Positions 23,485 through 38,403 of a DNA stretch of 64,000 nt are shown here, one piece after another. A model generated the notes under the pieces. That model saw only the letters and a list, made by a program, of their open reading frames with translations, did no database searches and was not told where the DNA came from. The stretch's first letter is position 1. Each line of letters opens with the position of its first letter. The stretch covers positions 872,499-936,498 of the forward strand of contig NW_003314323.1 in NCBI RefSeq assembly GCF_000143415.4, read 5' to 3'. Source of the stretch: Selaginella moellendorffii (taxonomy: Eukaryota; Plantae; Lycopodiophyta). The translations under genes were made by a program, and so were the position numbers.

Positions 23485-25054
23485 TGGGAATCAACCAGCT
23501 GTCGCGCAGCGATTCCTCCACCTTCTTCTACAGTAGCAGCGGCAGCGCCCGGATCATTCCGACCAAAGTACACTGCCTCCGCCCACCTAGAAAATCCCCC
23601 ATTCCAGGGAGTGATTATTTCAGATGCGCTGCGGGCCGCGGCGGCAGATCCCTAGCTCCTTTCCAAGATTACCGCAGCCGCGAGCCAGGAATCGACTGAA
23701 TCGAAATTTCGATGCCACAAGGAGAATCTCACCGGCTTGGCGCTACGTGCTAGCGGCGGCGCGGGCCCGCGCCATCCATCGCTCTCTCGCCCTCCATTCT
23801 CTCTCTCTCTCAAACCCTAGCTCAAAGAGAAAAGGGGGAGGGAAAGAGAAGACCTACCCTCGCCCTAGTAGAGTTCTTCCCTAGTGGAGAGTGCAAAACA
23901 AAACCTGGCCACTGCTAAGATGAATGCGACTAAAACGCTCACAGAGGGGCAGTACACGCAATACGTGGGTTTTTGGGCGGGCATTTGGGCGGCCGGGTGT
24001 AATTGCTGGCGCCAGACGATTTCTCCGTGACGTGTCAGAATCCCGCCACGTGTACGCTACCCGTGTGCCGCAACGAATATGCCTTGCTTATATGTAACCT
24101 TTCAATCATCCACTCGAGACAGAATATGCTCTATTCGAAAATTTGAAAATGATCAATCGGCCGCTTCTGGACGATGCTCCTATGGTGGTGCTGAAAAACC
24201 TTAGAAATTGATGTATTTGAATAGGAAAGTACCATGATTTGTAAGAAAAATATGATATAGGACTTGGCACAAACACCACTATCTTCATTATATGCTCAAC
24301 CAAGCGTGACTTGATGATCTTGATGATGCATCTATAGACCTGGAAACACTCAATTCACCTCAGGCAGAACAATTGTGCCGCCAACAAGAGGCATTAGTTA
24401 CCCCAAAAACAAAAGTGAATAGCGCTCAAGCCGAGAGAAGGTAAGCTAGAGGCCTCGAAGAACAGTCCTTTCGAAGCATTCTTTATCCTGATAAAAGCGA
24501 AACCACACCGACGATTAATTTCAACAGCTTAGATGGATTAACGAAAACTTTCGTCCTCCACTTACCTCCACTGAATCGTGGCGAGTCGAGGACGATCCAC
24601 TTCAAAAGGCCCGAGCTCTGGAAGTCAAACTTAAAAAGCCACAAGGCAGAAAGAGGAGATAGAAGAAGAAAAAAGAAAAAAAAAAAAACCAGTGTGCATC
24701 AAAAAGAAGGGATATGAGCTCACGAGCCACGAGCCAAAGACCTCTTTTTACCGGATACTCTTCTATACACCTGAAGCCTTATGCGCGGCCTTTTTCGAAC
24801 TATAAGTTTTCATGAGGCTTCCATCTTCTGTCAAAAAAAAAAAAAAAGTAGATAAAGATCATGGTTAAAACAATGCACCAATGCCCCCCACACCCAGGTG
24901 CAAGTCTCTCTGCCTAACTCGCATATAAATACATACAGCATTAAGCTAGCAGCAGCACACAAATTGTTAGAAGGAACCTACAGCCTACGTCCTGAAAGAC
25001 TGAAAAACCTCACCACCAGGACTGCAAGCAGAAACCACGACTTACAGGCAGTTT

Positions 25055-27101
<2,047 letters not shown>

Positions 27102-27254
27102 TCCCTAAGTCCTCAGCATCGATAAAACCCTAGCCCTAAACCTAGCGCCATAGCCAGATAGTTTTTTGTCCACGTGGACGCCACTGAGCATATCCCTAAG
27201 AATATTCTATTTGGGGTTTAGGGCTCAGGGTTTCCTTATAATCGCGCTCGATCG

Positions 27255-28175
27255 ATGAAGAGCGGTGGTCTCGTCGCTGTGCCAAACCGCGGCGGCGATG
27301 GCGCGCCGATTCTGGACGAGGCCGAGGGCGAGAGCTTCGCGATGCTGCAGCCGTTCGTGGGAATCGTGCTTGGCGACTCGGATGCTCAAGAATCCGGGAC
27401 TCTCTACATCACGACGAGGTAAATCTTCGTGATCCCCCATTCTCTTTTGAAATTCTTTTGAAATATTTGATTCCAACAGGAGGCTCGTGTGGCTGAGTGA
27501 TCGCGACATTGGCAAAGGCTATGCTGTGGATTTTCTTTCCTTGTCTATGCACGCCATCTCCAGGGACCTGGAAGCTTATCCTTCGCCTTGCGTGTACTGC
27601 CAGGTATGTTTTCAGGGACTTTGCCTCCTTGGAGTAGAGTGATTTACCGTGTGAGTTTAGATCGAAAACGGTGACGACGAGTACTGCGAAGACGATGAAG
27701 AGGAAGAAGAGGATGAAGTTGCCAATGGCGACGCAAATCTGTCCAAAATACGAGAAATGCGGCTTGTGCCACAGGATCCAGCAGTGTGTATCCTTTTTTC
27801 TCCCAGTTGCTCGTAGATGAATGGTGGCCAGACTGGTTATCCTTGACGACGAACTGTAGTGGATAACATATTCCAGGTCCTCTGCGAGTGTGCTGCCTTG
27901 AATCCCGATCCTCAAGGAGGTATAGTTTTCCCTTCGTGTTATGCTCGTTGTTTTAGTTTCTGACTCGATGTTTCATAGAACGAGAAGGCGAGGGCGAGTG
28001 GTTCTTCAATGCTGAAGAAGTGATGGCAAGCGAAAATCTGGAGCGTGGAATGGAAGGGGTAAAAGTTTTCATCTATTTCCGTGCCTTTCTTGTCTAACAT
28101 GGTTCCTTCGCTTCACAGTTAGAAGTCCAGGACTCAAGGTTTGAGGATGCCGAAGAAGATCCCGAGGATGAGTAA
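27255..28175 (+). CDS. ICln: pICln / methylosome subunit (chloride conductance regulator ICln), multi-exon
   Basis: Spliced reading ...GTLYITTR|RLVWLSD...GYAVDFLSLSMHAISRD...PCVYCQ|...EMRLVPQD...LDNIFQVLCECAALNPDP...GEWFF...RFEDAEE. Confidence 0.93.
27788..27859 (+). other. U12-type (minor spliceosome) GT-AG intron
   Basis: 5' splice site GTATCCTTT; branch site TCCTTGAC at 27840-27847, 12 nt before the intron end. Removing the intron restores the frame DPAV-L-DNIF. Confidence 0.88.
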
Positions 28176-28300
28176 ACCATCTCCATTTTTAATTTCTCTT
28201 TCTTTTTCCTTGCTAAGCTAACGCTTTCTAATCGACCGATTCTGTACAACACTTTCTAGCTCAATGCTACACGTTTTGTATCAAATGGTATGCCCCGGTT

Positions 28301-30109
28301 CTAGAGGTACGTGTTTGCAAGCATCACGTAGGACGCAGGACTCTTTGGATTCAAGCTGACGAGACGGTCAGTAGCTTGTGCTGCTCGATCCGTGTCTTTG
28401 CAATTCCTGCAGGCACCGAGCAGATTCTTCCAGTCGAGCGCATCCGGCACGAAAGGCATGTTTTGCAGAAGGTCCTCCGCGTCCTTGAGATGACCCGTGC
28501 GAGCAAACAAGTCAAGCACACACCCGAAGTGCTGCTTGCTGGGTTTCAAGCGGTGGTCAACACTCATGGAAGCAAACGAAGAACAGGCCGCCCGAACGTC
28601 TCCCTTGTGGCCGCAGATCCGGAGGAAGTTTATGAGCGAGATCTCATCGACGAGGAGTCCATTGTTCTGGCAGGAATGGAAGAGCTCGACACCAAATTCC
28701 GTGAAGTTCTCGTGAGTGCAAGCCGACAGCATCGTGTTCCAGGCGACCAAGTTGTGATCCGGCATGCGCTCGAAGATCTTCTTAGCGATCTCCAAGTGAC
28801 CATTCTGGACGTAGGAAGCCAACAACGCGGTCCAAGTTATAACGTTCTGAACTGGCATTGCGTCGAATAAATCCCTCGCCTCTTGGAGGTATCCTTTCTG
28901 TCCAAACGCCGATAGCATCGTCGCCCAAGAGATTATATCCCACTCTCTCATTTGATCGAGAAGGCATTTTGCTTCCTCCAGATGCCCAGCTCGGGCATAT
29001 GCTGCGAGAAGAGTGTTCCACGATAAAATATTTGTTACGTGCATAGAATCTATAAGCTGCTGGGCCTGACGGTAATCCCCGTTATGGGAATATGCCGTCA
29101 ACATTGCGTTCCACGAGACGAGATTGTGCACGGGCATCGAGTGAAACAGCTTAGCAGAATCTTCTATATGCCCGTTGACGGCATATGCCGTCAGCATCGT
29201 TATCCATGATACCAAATCCCGCTGCTTCATCGTGCTAAAGATTCTCCTCGCGTCGGTTAACCTGTTGTTCTGCGCGTACGCCGCGAGCATTGAGTTCCAC
29301 GACACAATGTCCCAACACTTCATGCAAATAAAGATTCTCTCAGAAAAACACAGATGCCCATTTTGGGCATAAGCAGACAACAGAGAGTTCCACGAGATCA
29401 GATCCGTCTCTTGCATGGAATCAAACACCGCCTGGGCCTCTTTAAGGTTCCCATTCTGCGCATACGCGGAGAGAAGCGCGTTCCACGACGTCAAGTCTCT
29501 CTCCGGCATTAAATCAAACGTTTCCTTAGCCCTCTCTAGATACCCGTTTTGAGCATACGACACGACGACCATCGTCCACGATATTAAATCCCGCTCCACC
29601 ATCTCACAGAAAACTCTAGCCGCGTTCTTGGCACGCGCGTTCCTCGCATATGCCGAGAGAATCACCGTACAAGACACCAAGTCCTTCTCCGGCATGGATT
29701 CGAACACCCGCTCGGCTTCCTCCAGATGCCCGGTTTGGGCATTAGCGCTAAGCATGGTCGTCCACGACACTAGCGTCCTTGCGGGCATCCGGTCGAAGAG
29801 ATCTCTCGCGGAATCCATGGCTCCATTCTGGGAGTAGGCCGTGATCAACGCCACCCAGGTGTAGCAGTCCTTGGACGTTGTCTCGCGAAACACGCGGGCG
29901 GCGTGCTCGGGACTTCCACACCTGCCGTACAGTTGGATCACTAAGTTGGACACGAATGTATCATCTGCGAGTGACACGAGGCTGCTGATTTTGACGACAG
30001 CTTGAGTGGCGGCCGCGATGCTCTTGCTGCACGATCTGGCGAGCTCGATCGCGAAGCTTCGCTGGTCTCTAATTTGCTGGTGGTGGTGGTGGTGGCTTTC
30101 AGCTAGCAT
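28301..30109 (-). CDS. PLS-class pentatricopeptide repeat protein with E domain (organellar RNA-editing factor type)
   Basis: 602-aa intronless ORF; many short repeats ending D(L/I)(V/I)SW; E-domain MPFVPDALDWKNLLGAC...YVMLANTY; no DYW domain. Confidence 0.95.
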   Translation of the reverse strand: MLAESHHHHHQQIRDQRSFAIELARSCSKSIAAATQAVVKISSLVSLADDTFVSNLVIQLYGRCGSPEHAARVFRETTSKDCYTWVALITAYSQNGAMDSARDLFDRMPARTLVSWTTMLSANAQTGHLEEAERVFESMPEKDLVSCTVILSAYARNARAKNAARVFCEMVERDLISWTMVVVSYAQNGYLERAKETFDLMPERDLTSWNALLSAYAQNGNLKEAQAVFDSMQETDLISWNSLLSAYAQNGHLCFSERIFICMKCWDIVSWNSMLAAYAQNNRLTDARRIFSTMKQRDLVSWITMLTAYAVNGHIEDSAKLFHSMPVHNLVSWNAMLTAYSHNGDYRQAQQLIDSMHVTNILSWNTLLAAYARAGHLEEAKCLLDQMREWDIISWATMLSAFGQKGYLQEARDLFDAMPVQNVITWTALLASYVQNGHLEIAKKIFERMPDHNLVAWNTMLSACTHENFTEFGVELFHSCQNNGLLVDEISLINFLRICGHKGDVRAACSSFASMSVDHRLKPSKQHFGCVLDLFARTGHLKDAEDLLQNMPFVPDALDWKNLLGACRNCKDTDRAAQATDRLVSLNPKSPASYVMLANTYL

Positions 30110-30565
30110 CGCAACCTGGAACTCTCACGAGAAAAGCGAAAAGCTATCAGCAAGCCTGATGCCAGTCATCACTAAAGAGAGATTAGAAAACGCAAAAAGA
30201 ATCTCGCAGTGTACCTTTAAGGAACTATTTGATCTTTCTTTCCAGCGGGGCACCACCTAGAGGACGATGACATCACGAAACATTTAAGAATAAAGTACCT
30301 CCAGGAGGACGGAAAATGGATTGGCCGGTTGGTGCGACGAAACAATGCGTTTGACCCTCGCCAGAGATTTCAAAGATCTGCGCGTTCGTCAAAGTTCGAC
30401 AGCGAAAGCAGGACCAAACACAGCGGAGGAAAGTCATGACACCCAGCCAGGAAAGTTTGCCAGGAGGGGTAAAGAGCTTTACAGACCAAAATCCGAGGAC
30501 GCCCATGCGGGCGATTTGTCGCGCAGAGCGCCTGCGAGTAATAAGAGCTCTGAGAGTTATCTAGC

Positions 30566-31279
30566 TTACTTGGCCATCATCTTGACGAACTCGTCGTAGT
30601 TAACGTGACCGTCGCCGTCCATGTCAGCCTCGCGGATCATCTCCTCTACCTCCTCGTCGGTCAGCTTCTCGCCCAGATTGATCATCACGTCCCTCAACTG
30701 GGAAGAAATTCCAGTCAGTCAAAAAGGAAACGAAAAACAAGACCAAGAATCCATGTCTCTCACAGACCTCCGCGCACGAAATGAGTCCGTTGCGGTCTTT
30801 GTCGAAGACTTTGAAGGCTTCCTTGAGCTCCTCTTCCGTGTCCGTGTCCTGGAGTGATAGGAAGAGAACTTTTAAAACACTTGTTCTTTCCAGCACGCGA
30901 GGCGAGAGAATGCATAAAAAAGCATGCTATCACATCGAGGAGGAGGTAGAAAAGATTGGTACCTTCATCTTCCTCGCCATGAGATTGAGAAACTCCTGGA
31001 AATCGATGGTGCCGTTGCCATCCACATCGACCTCGTCGATCATCTCCCGGAGCTCCGCCTCCGAGGGATTCTGGCCCAGGGAGCGCATCACGACCGCGAG
31101 CTCGCTCGTTGTAATGCAACCTAGAGAGGCGACCAAGGAATGTAGCCCAGTGGAATCGATTGATTCGCAGGAAAATATTTCGCGTTACCATCACCGTCTT
31201 TGTCGAAGAGACTGAATGCTTCCTTGAATTCTTTATTCCGCTCCTCTTTCTCGCTGCTGATCACCCCCTCCTGCATCAT
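30566..31279 (-). CDS. Calmodulin / calmodulin-like protein (4 EF-hands, 3 coding introns)
   Basis: [15 protein letters not shown]|CITTSEL...[14 protein letters not shown]...|[21 protein letters not shown]...|[21 protein letters not shown]. Diverged from canonical CaM; an upstream exon is possible. Confidence 0.95.
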
Positions 31280-31673
31280 GCCCTGAGAGAATCGCGAGAC
31301 CGCCAAGAATGTCTGAGAGAGAGAGATCGGAGAGAGCAAAAACGAAAGCAAATGTTACCGGCACTGCTGCTGCCGCCAGCGCAAGACTAAAACACCGACA
31401 ATCCAAATGGATCGATCGCCAAGCGCCTACGATCGATCCAAGGCGCACAAGGGAAAATGCAAGAACACAGAGAATCAGGGCAAATGCGCTCTCGAAGAAC
31501 ACGAGTAGAAGAAAACACACAAGCTAGCTAGATCAACGGCCTCAATTTAACCACCTCCAACGGTCAAGATCTGCAGCGTAGCACCGTCCGATTCACGCAC
31601 TGCCAGACAAAGATACCAAATCCTGGGCCGTTGGATGACCCTCACGTGAAAGCTTGTTTGGACGATCCACGCG

Positions 31674-33105
31674 TTACGTGGACGCTCGGTTGGACCATCC
31701 AAACCGTTCATACTCCTCTCTTCGTTTCCGGAGCTTGGATTCCAGGCGCTTCTTCTTCATCCTGTGCCGGAGAAGGAACTCGCGGATGTGTTTCAACTCT
31801 TTCCTTTGCTTCTCGCCCTCGACGTAGAGATACTTTTGATCTTCCTCGCCGGAGAGAATCGCCCCTTCCTCGTCGTCCTCGTCGATCTCGTCCGACTCGG
31901 TCTCGGAGCAAGGATCGCTGTCGTCCTCGAAATCGTAGGCGTCTCCCACGGCCTTGAAGTATGGCTTAACTTTCCTCACGGGAACGCTTCGCACGGCCTC
32001 GTCCTTGTACTCGATCGCTTGCATCTTTCGCTTCTCCTCGTACTCTTTTTGCTCCCTGAGTTGCTTGAGGTTGCGCTCTAGAAAGTCGACGTATCTCAGC
32101 CGGGCAGCGATCGACTGCTCGAGCACTGCCTTCTTCAAAGCCTGGAAAAACCAGCAAACCAAGATGAACTTCAAACGAAAACGAGACAAAGAATGGAAAA
32201 AGAGTGAACTATACTTACGCACCGCTCGCTTGGTGAGAGTGTTCGGAGGGATGAGCTTCTTCGGCTGCTCGTAGTTCCTTCCTCGATACAAGATGATGGT
32301 CTTGTCCGGGAGGATGTCCACAACGATCCCTCCACTTAGTTTCGCCAGTTCTTCCGAGATTTCTTTCACTTCGTCCATGCTGAAAGTGTGGCAGTCCATT
32401 CTCACTGTCTGGTGTCTCTTCCAATGCATATGCATGTTTTCGACGGTACCACCGTAAACTCCACGCTTCCCGACAGGGACGTAGTTCTTCGACTTTTGGC
32501 CGATCTTCTTCAAGTAGTGAAGCTGCTCGGCAGTCAGGACTTCTGGATCGTGGATTGAGGCGGACAGCGGCGGTTCTTCCAGTTTGTACTTCCTAAGCTC
32601 CAATTGCTTGTAGCCAATGATCTTGTAGGCCTGGCACAAAGAAGGAATTCCTAAGACAAGACAGATGTGTAAAACGAAAACTTCAAGAGCTACTCACTCT
32701 TTTGATCTTAAGCTCGATTCTTTCCTCCTCGTTCTTGGGCTGCCTATCGTAGAACGCTTGCCGCTCCTTTTGAAGCCTGTTCTTGATCTTGGACTTTATC
32801 TGGTCTTTGATCATCGCTTTCATCTCTCGCCTCTGTGGTGAATCGCCCGGTGGAAGCATTGCGAAATCCCTCCCCAAGGCGGCCCGAGGCTTATCCTCTG
32901 GACTGAGGCTCCACGAATCGTCAGAGCCGCATTTGCGCCTCCCGCCAAAGAGCTCGGCCATCTTCTGCTCCTTCGTGATATAAGTCCGTCCGAATCCGCC
33001 AGAGGGCCTGGCGCCCATCGATTCGAAGTATCGCGCCTGGACATACCTGTGCCAAGATCGCGATCGCCGAGGAGGAAGCGCGAGAATGCGGGCAAATAAT
33101 CCCAT
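31674..33105 (-). CDS. Single CRM (CRS1/YhbY) domain organellar RNA-binding/splicing protein
   Basis: HDPEVLTAEQLHYLKKIG...NYVPVGKRGVYGGTVENMHMHWK...LAKLSGGIVV...IILYRGRNY. Arg/Ser-rich N-terminus resembles a targeting peptide; acidic tail; 2 introns. Confidence 0.9.
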
Positions 33106-33230
33106 CAAGCGCGGAAGAACCCTAACCCTTTCCAGAGGTTTAAGATTTTGATCCAACGGCCCGGAACAAATCATAGAATTGACGGCTGTGGGAGCTTCAA
33201 GGGCTGGGGAAGATTGAGAAAGCCCGGGCT

Positions 33231-35964
33231 ATGGAGGGAGAGAGCGAGGGCGAGGTCTCGATGTCGCAGAGGGAAGCAGGGATTTCGCCAGTGGTTTCTC
33301 CAGGTGATGAGAGCGGCACCAATGCGGGCTCGGCGCTAGCGAAGGAAGCGGCGGCTCTCTACGAGAAGAAATCCTACCAAGAATGCTTGAGCCTGCTCCA
33401 GCAAATTCTCGCCAAGAAGGAGAGTGATCCCAAGGTAGCGTGTGTGCGATTGATCTCTGGAAGCGCTCATCTCTCTTTGTTTCTAGGTTATTCACAATAT
33501 CGCATTGGCAGAGTTCTACCGGGATGGCTGCACAGATCCCTACAAGCTACTCGATGTTTTGGAACAGGTTAAGGTAAGAAGCAGTGCTTGTGAGAATTTA
33601 CTTCGATTTAGCTCCGAGAGATTTAGCAGAGGACATGCGAAGAGCTTGCTCGAGCTGCCGACGAGCAACTAGAAGGAATTGGGAACAACGTTACTAGTCC
33701 GAATGGTTCTACTACTGGGAATACCATCGTCAAGCCCTCCCCTCCAGAAGGATCCTACATTGAAGATTACGATCTCTCCATTCCCACCTTGAATACTGTA
33801 AGCTTTTTTTCATGTATGCTTTGGAGTTGCGTCTTACGTTTTCTTTTTTCACAGGCTATTGTTTACTACCATTTGAAGCAGTATGCTTCCGCTTTTCATG
33901 TGGTAGAGCCTCTTTTTGCGAACATAGAACCCGTCGATGAGGTGAAGTCCCAGTTGTTTAAATTGCTCTCGTTTGAGTTGGATTTCCAGAGCTGTGCACT
34001 ACAAATATGTCTCTTGATGCTGGATATTGCATTAGCCTCTCGAAAGGCTGAGAGTGCCGCGGTAAGTTAGTTTGTTTGATCTATCGCTTGTTTTTCAACG
34101 TTTTATTGTGCAGCTCGTACTGCACTATGTAGAAAAATCTTACGGACTAGGACAATCCGGCCTGGAGAACGCGGCAAATGTCCAGCAGTTGTCTGTGGTA
34201 CCTCCAACTTTAGCAGCGTCATCTGCTCTTGATGGGAAGTATCTGGGCATCACTTCATCCCCTGCACCTCCTCTCGTGACAAGCCCCATTGGCGAAGGCT
34301 CCTCCTTGACTCAGGGCTCTGGAGAAGAGACGTTCGAAGAGGATGCTCTTAGTATCGGGTTGGAAATCGATGGCTCTCACAGCGTTCGAAGCCTACCGAC
34401 TAGAGTACCGGCGATCGAGAAATCTCATCCGGCTCCCGGGACGGAGCTTAAGCTGCTGATGCATCTCTACAGGGTGCGGTTTCTACTTCTGACGCACTGT
34501 TTGAAGACTGTGAAACGGGAAGTCAAGTCAGCTCTGAACTTGTCGAAGGACAACATCACTGCGCTGCTTCTCAAGGCCCAGTTGGAGTATTTGCGTGGCA
34601 ACTATCGGAAAGCCATGAAGCTTTTGACGACCTGCATTGCTCGTGCCGAGAATGCCGTCGTTCCTATGATCCTCTCCAACCTCGGCTGCGTTTACCATTA
34701 TCTGAGGAAGGATCAAACGGCAGCGCTGTTCTTCGCCAAGGCCTTGCAAAGATACTCATCCATGAGCAAGGAAAGGCCTCTGAAACTCACGACGTTTTCG
34801 CAAGACAAGTCGCTATCAGTCTACTACAACTGTGGGGTGGTCCAGCTACTCAGTGGGAATCCCGTCATGGCTTCACGTTTGCTGCAAGAATCATACTCGA
34901 TGTTCTACACCAGGCCGCTATTCTGGCTTCGGCTCGCGGAGTGTTGTATATCAGCGCTGGAGAAGGGGCTGCTCACAGATGTTTCAGCCAGGAAGGAAGA
35001 AGTGAAAGTAGTGGTGGTCGGAAAGGGGAGGTTTCGAAGGCTGGTTCTTCCATCCGGCGGCTCAAATCCATCACTGGTGAGTGGCACTCAGCCAGACAAC
35101 GTGGACGGAGTTTTTCCTCAGGATGGCAAAGAAGGGAAGCCGATCACTCTCTCGATGGCGATAGCAAAGAGATTTTTGCAGTACGCGTTTCTTCTGCTGG
35201 AGCGTGATGGAAAACCGGAAGAGCTGGCTGCTGGTACTGAGACTGAGGCTCTGGTGATGGGAAACTCCGAAGTTTCACCAAGCAGCGGGGCACAGGAAGG
35301 AAGAGATGCTGCCTCGACGTTAGCTTCGTTTACTGCCGAAGAAAAGCTGGAGGCAGCGATGATCAGAGTTTGCGTGCTAGTGGACCTGGCCTTTGTGGAG
35401 CTTTGCCTGGAAAACCCGCTAGCGGCTCTAAGCAACGCCGAGGCAGCGCTCCAACAGCATCACGTCACGAAGGCTTACAGCTTTCTCGCGCACGTCTACG
35501 CCGCCGAGGCCCTCTGCCTGCTGGACCGGATCAAGGAAGCCGAGGGGCATTTGGAGAAGTGTATGATGGATTGGACGAGCAGCAGCGGTGATTTCCTAGA
35601 GGAGGACACAGCAGCGGCAACTCAGAAGAACGGTGATCACAACAATGGCGACGCGAGCAGTGGTGGCGAAGATGGAAGCTCCAGGAACCTGAAGGAACAG
35701 ATGAACTTCGCGAGGTTCACGGGAACCCAAGCTCGCGCGTCGCTCTACGTGAACTTCGCCGCGATTCATGCGATGCAAGGGGAGCTCCTCCAGGCCAGGC
35801 AATGCGCGCTCCAGGCTCTTGCCATCGCTCCCGGGAGTAGCATGGCTGTTCTAGCGATGGTTTACGTCGAGCTCTCGCAGGGAAGAACCAAAGAGGCCGT
35901 GACGATGCTCAAGCGCTGCCGGCGATTATCAGTATCGAGGCCGGGCGCTCGCGCTGGAATGTAA
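33231..35964 (+). CDS. CNOT10: CCR4-NOT complex subunit 10 (TPR), multi-exon
   Basis: LAKEAAALY...DPK|VIHNIALAEF, ALLLKAQLEYLRGNYRKAMKLL, PLFWLRLAECC, FLAHVYAAEALCLLDR. Confidence 0.9.
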
Positions 35965-36202
35965 GAATGGGAATTTTTTCTTCTTCTAGGGCGATTTCAG
36001 CTGAAAGAAAACGGTGGAGAGAAATGTGGGGTCATTTTCACGTGAATTTGTTTGTGCTTACACGTGTCCCATGGAATCTTTTGATCGGACGATGGATGGC
36101 AGCTGTGAAGGCTTTCACCTGTATGGGAATGGCTAGGGCTTTCAGGGAGGAGCGCCATGGGTAGTGAGGGAGTGGTCGCGTAGCTACAGTGACTCCGGCG
36201 AG

Positions 36203-38196
36203 ATGTCCTTGATCGCGCCGGTGTTGTCGTCGATCAATGCGGGGATCTCCGAGTGCTGCGCCAGGCGGCGGGAATGCCGCGGGGAATGGAAGATTTTCGG
36301 GGGATACAGGGCTGGGAGAGTGATCGGGCTTCACCATTGCGGTGATGCTTTCCATGGATTTCGAAGAAGAATCGTCGTTGTGCAAGCGACAGCGCAAGAA
36401 TCGTCGCCAGAGGGCCGAGCTGATGCCGATGCTCGATCCTATCTTAGCATGTGGAAGAATGCCAAGGAGCGGTACGAGCGAGAGCAACTCCAGCAGCACG
36501 CGTCTACCGTCCAGCAGGATCGTCAGCCGGATCAAGATAGGGAAATCCAGTCGCAAAGAGAGAAGGATTTTGCCAGGCTTCTAGATGTGCCTCAGGAAGA
36601 GCGCGATCGCGTTCATCGGCTCCAGGTGATAGACAGGGCCGCGGCGGCACTAGCGGCGGCGGAGGCTCTCTTGGCGAGCAGGCCGCAAGCTCCATCGACG
36701 ATTGCGGAGAAGAAATGGGAGGAGGCCGCTGCGCGGGGATGGGAAGGAACGAAAAAGCTCGGTAAACTACAAACCAACTTGTTCTAAGTTGACGATAGTT
36801 TTCTATTCCTCATCAAACTTTCATTCCAGGAGATTTGCCTCGTCGCTCTGTGGTTGCTTCCGCTGAGCCCGCGACGACTGTTGTGTCTCCAGGTCCAGAT
36901 TTTTGGACATGGTCGCCGCCACCACCACCATCGCCCGTGGAGGATCCATCGGAGAAAGCAGCATTGTCACCCAAGACTTCTCAGTCGGAAACACAGGTTA
37001 GTAACTCTGTTCTTGAGAAGGAACGGGAAGCGCAGACCCTAGAACTTCCTTTCGAGACCGAGAACGCAAGGTCAGTGCTTCCGCTAGTGTTTCAAAGCAG
37101 AGCAGCGCCGTCACTTCCACCTCTACAATCCTTGGTGGAGATCAAAGAAAATGTGGCGGCTACAAGAAAGAAACAGATCACGGAAGTTCCCACTGCTGTT
37201 CTAGAGAGAGACAAGCTTGCCGACTCGGTGGTGCACCAAGATCTCCAGACGAACAAAACTAAGTCTACGACGGGTGTTAATCCAGACGGCTCCAGGTGGT
37301 GGAAAGAAACCGGAGAGGAGGATCGAGGAAACGGCGTGGTTTGTAGCTGGAGCGTTACCAGAGGCGTGAGCAGCGAAGGTGTCGTGGAGTGGGAAGAAAA
37401 ATTCTGGGAGGCCTGTGACGACTTCGATTACAAGGAGCTTGGATCGGAGAAGTCTGGACGTGATGCTTCTGGGAACGTTTGGCGAGAGTTTTGGAAAGAG
37501 ACCATATGGCAGGTTTGTTCGCTTTGAGTTTGTATCGTCTCAAGTTTTCTAAGTATTGCAGGACGCCAAGAGTGGACTGCTTCATATGGAAAAGAGCGCG
37601 GAGAAGTGGGGAAAGAACGGCACTGGAGCTCAGTGGGACGAGAAGTGGTGGGAGCATTACGACGCTTCCGGGCGAGCGGAGAAGTGGGCCGACAAATGGA
37701 GTGTGATCGATCCCAATACACCTCTAGAACCGGGACACGGTCATGTTTGGCACGAGAGGTACGTAAACAAGTTCTACTTTGGCAGTGACAATCTTACATC
37801 AAAAACGTAATTCTCAGGTGGGGGGAAGAGTTCGATGGACAAGGTGGTGCGATGAAATACACAGATAAATGGGCCGAGCGATCAGAATTCGGTGGCTGGA
37901 CAAAGTGGGGTGATAAGTGGGACGAGCGCTTCGATAAGAATGGTATCGGCAAGAAGCAAGGCGAGACTTGGTGGGCGGGCACCAATGGTGACCGATGGAA
38001 CAGGACTTGGGGCGAGCAGCACAATGGGACCGGCTGGGTGCGCAAGTATGGATCGAGCAGCAGTGGAGAGTTTTGGGACACGCACGAAGAACAGGAAACT
38101 TGGTACGAGAAGTTCCCGCATTTTGGCTTCCATCACTGCATGGAGAACTCGCAAGAGCTCCACAAAGTGAGCAAGAAGAAGAAGAAGCGATTGTAG
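36203..38196 (+). CDS. LESV: LIKE EARLY STARVATION starch-granule protein, multi-exon
   Basis: N-terminal DFARLLDVPQEERDRVHRLQVIDRAAAALAAA, GPDFWTWSPP, and a Trp-rich C-domain (PDGSRWWKETG, WEEKFWEA, WDEKWWEHY, WGDKWDERF). Confidence 0.92.
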
Positions 38197-38403
38197 CGAG
38201 CGAACGATCGAAACAACACTCACCAGGTTTCTTTCGAGAGAGAAATTCTTGGTTCTTTGCTCATAAAGTTCTTTTGTCTCGCAGGTTTTATTTTCATGAA
38301 GAGCGTAAATTCCATGAAAACCAGCGTTAAACTCGGGACGAAGATCGGTTTGCGGTTCGATTCCCATCTCCCTGCGCGTGCGAATTTAATAAGTACCGTC
38401 CGA

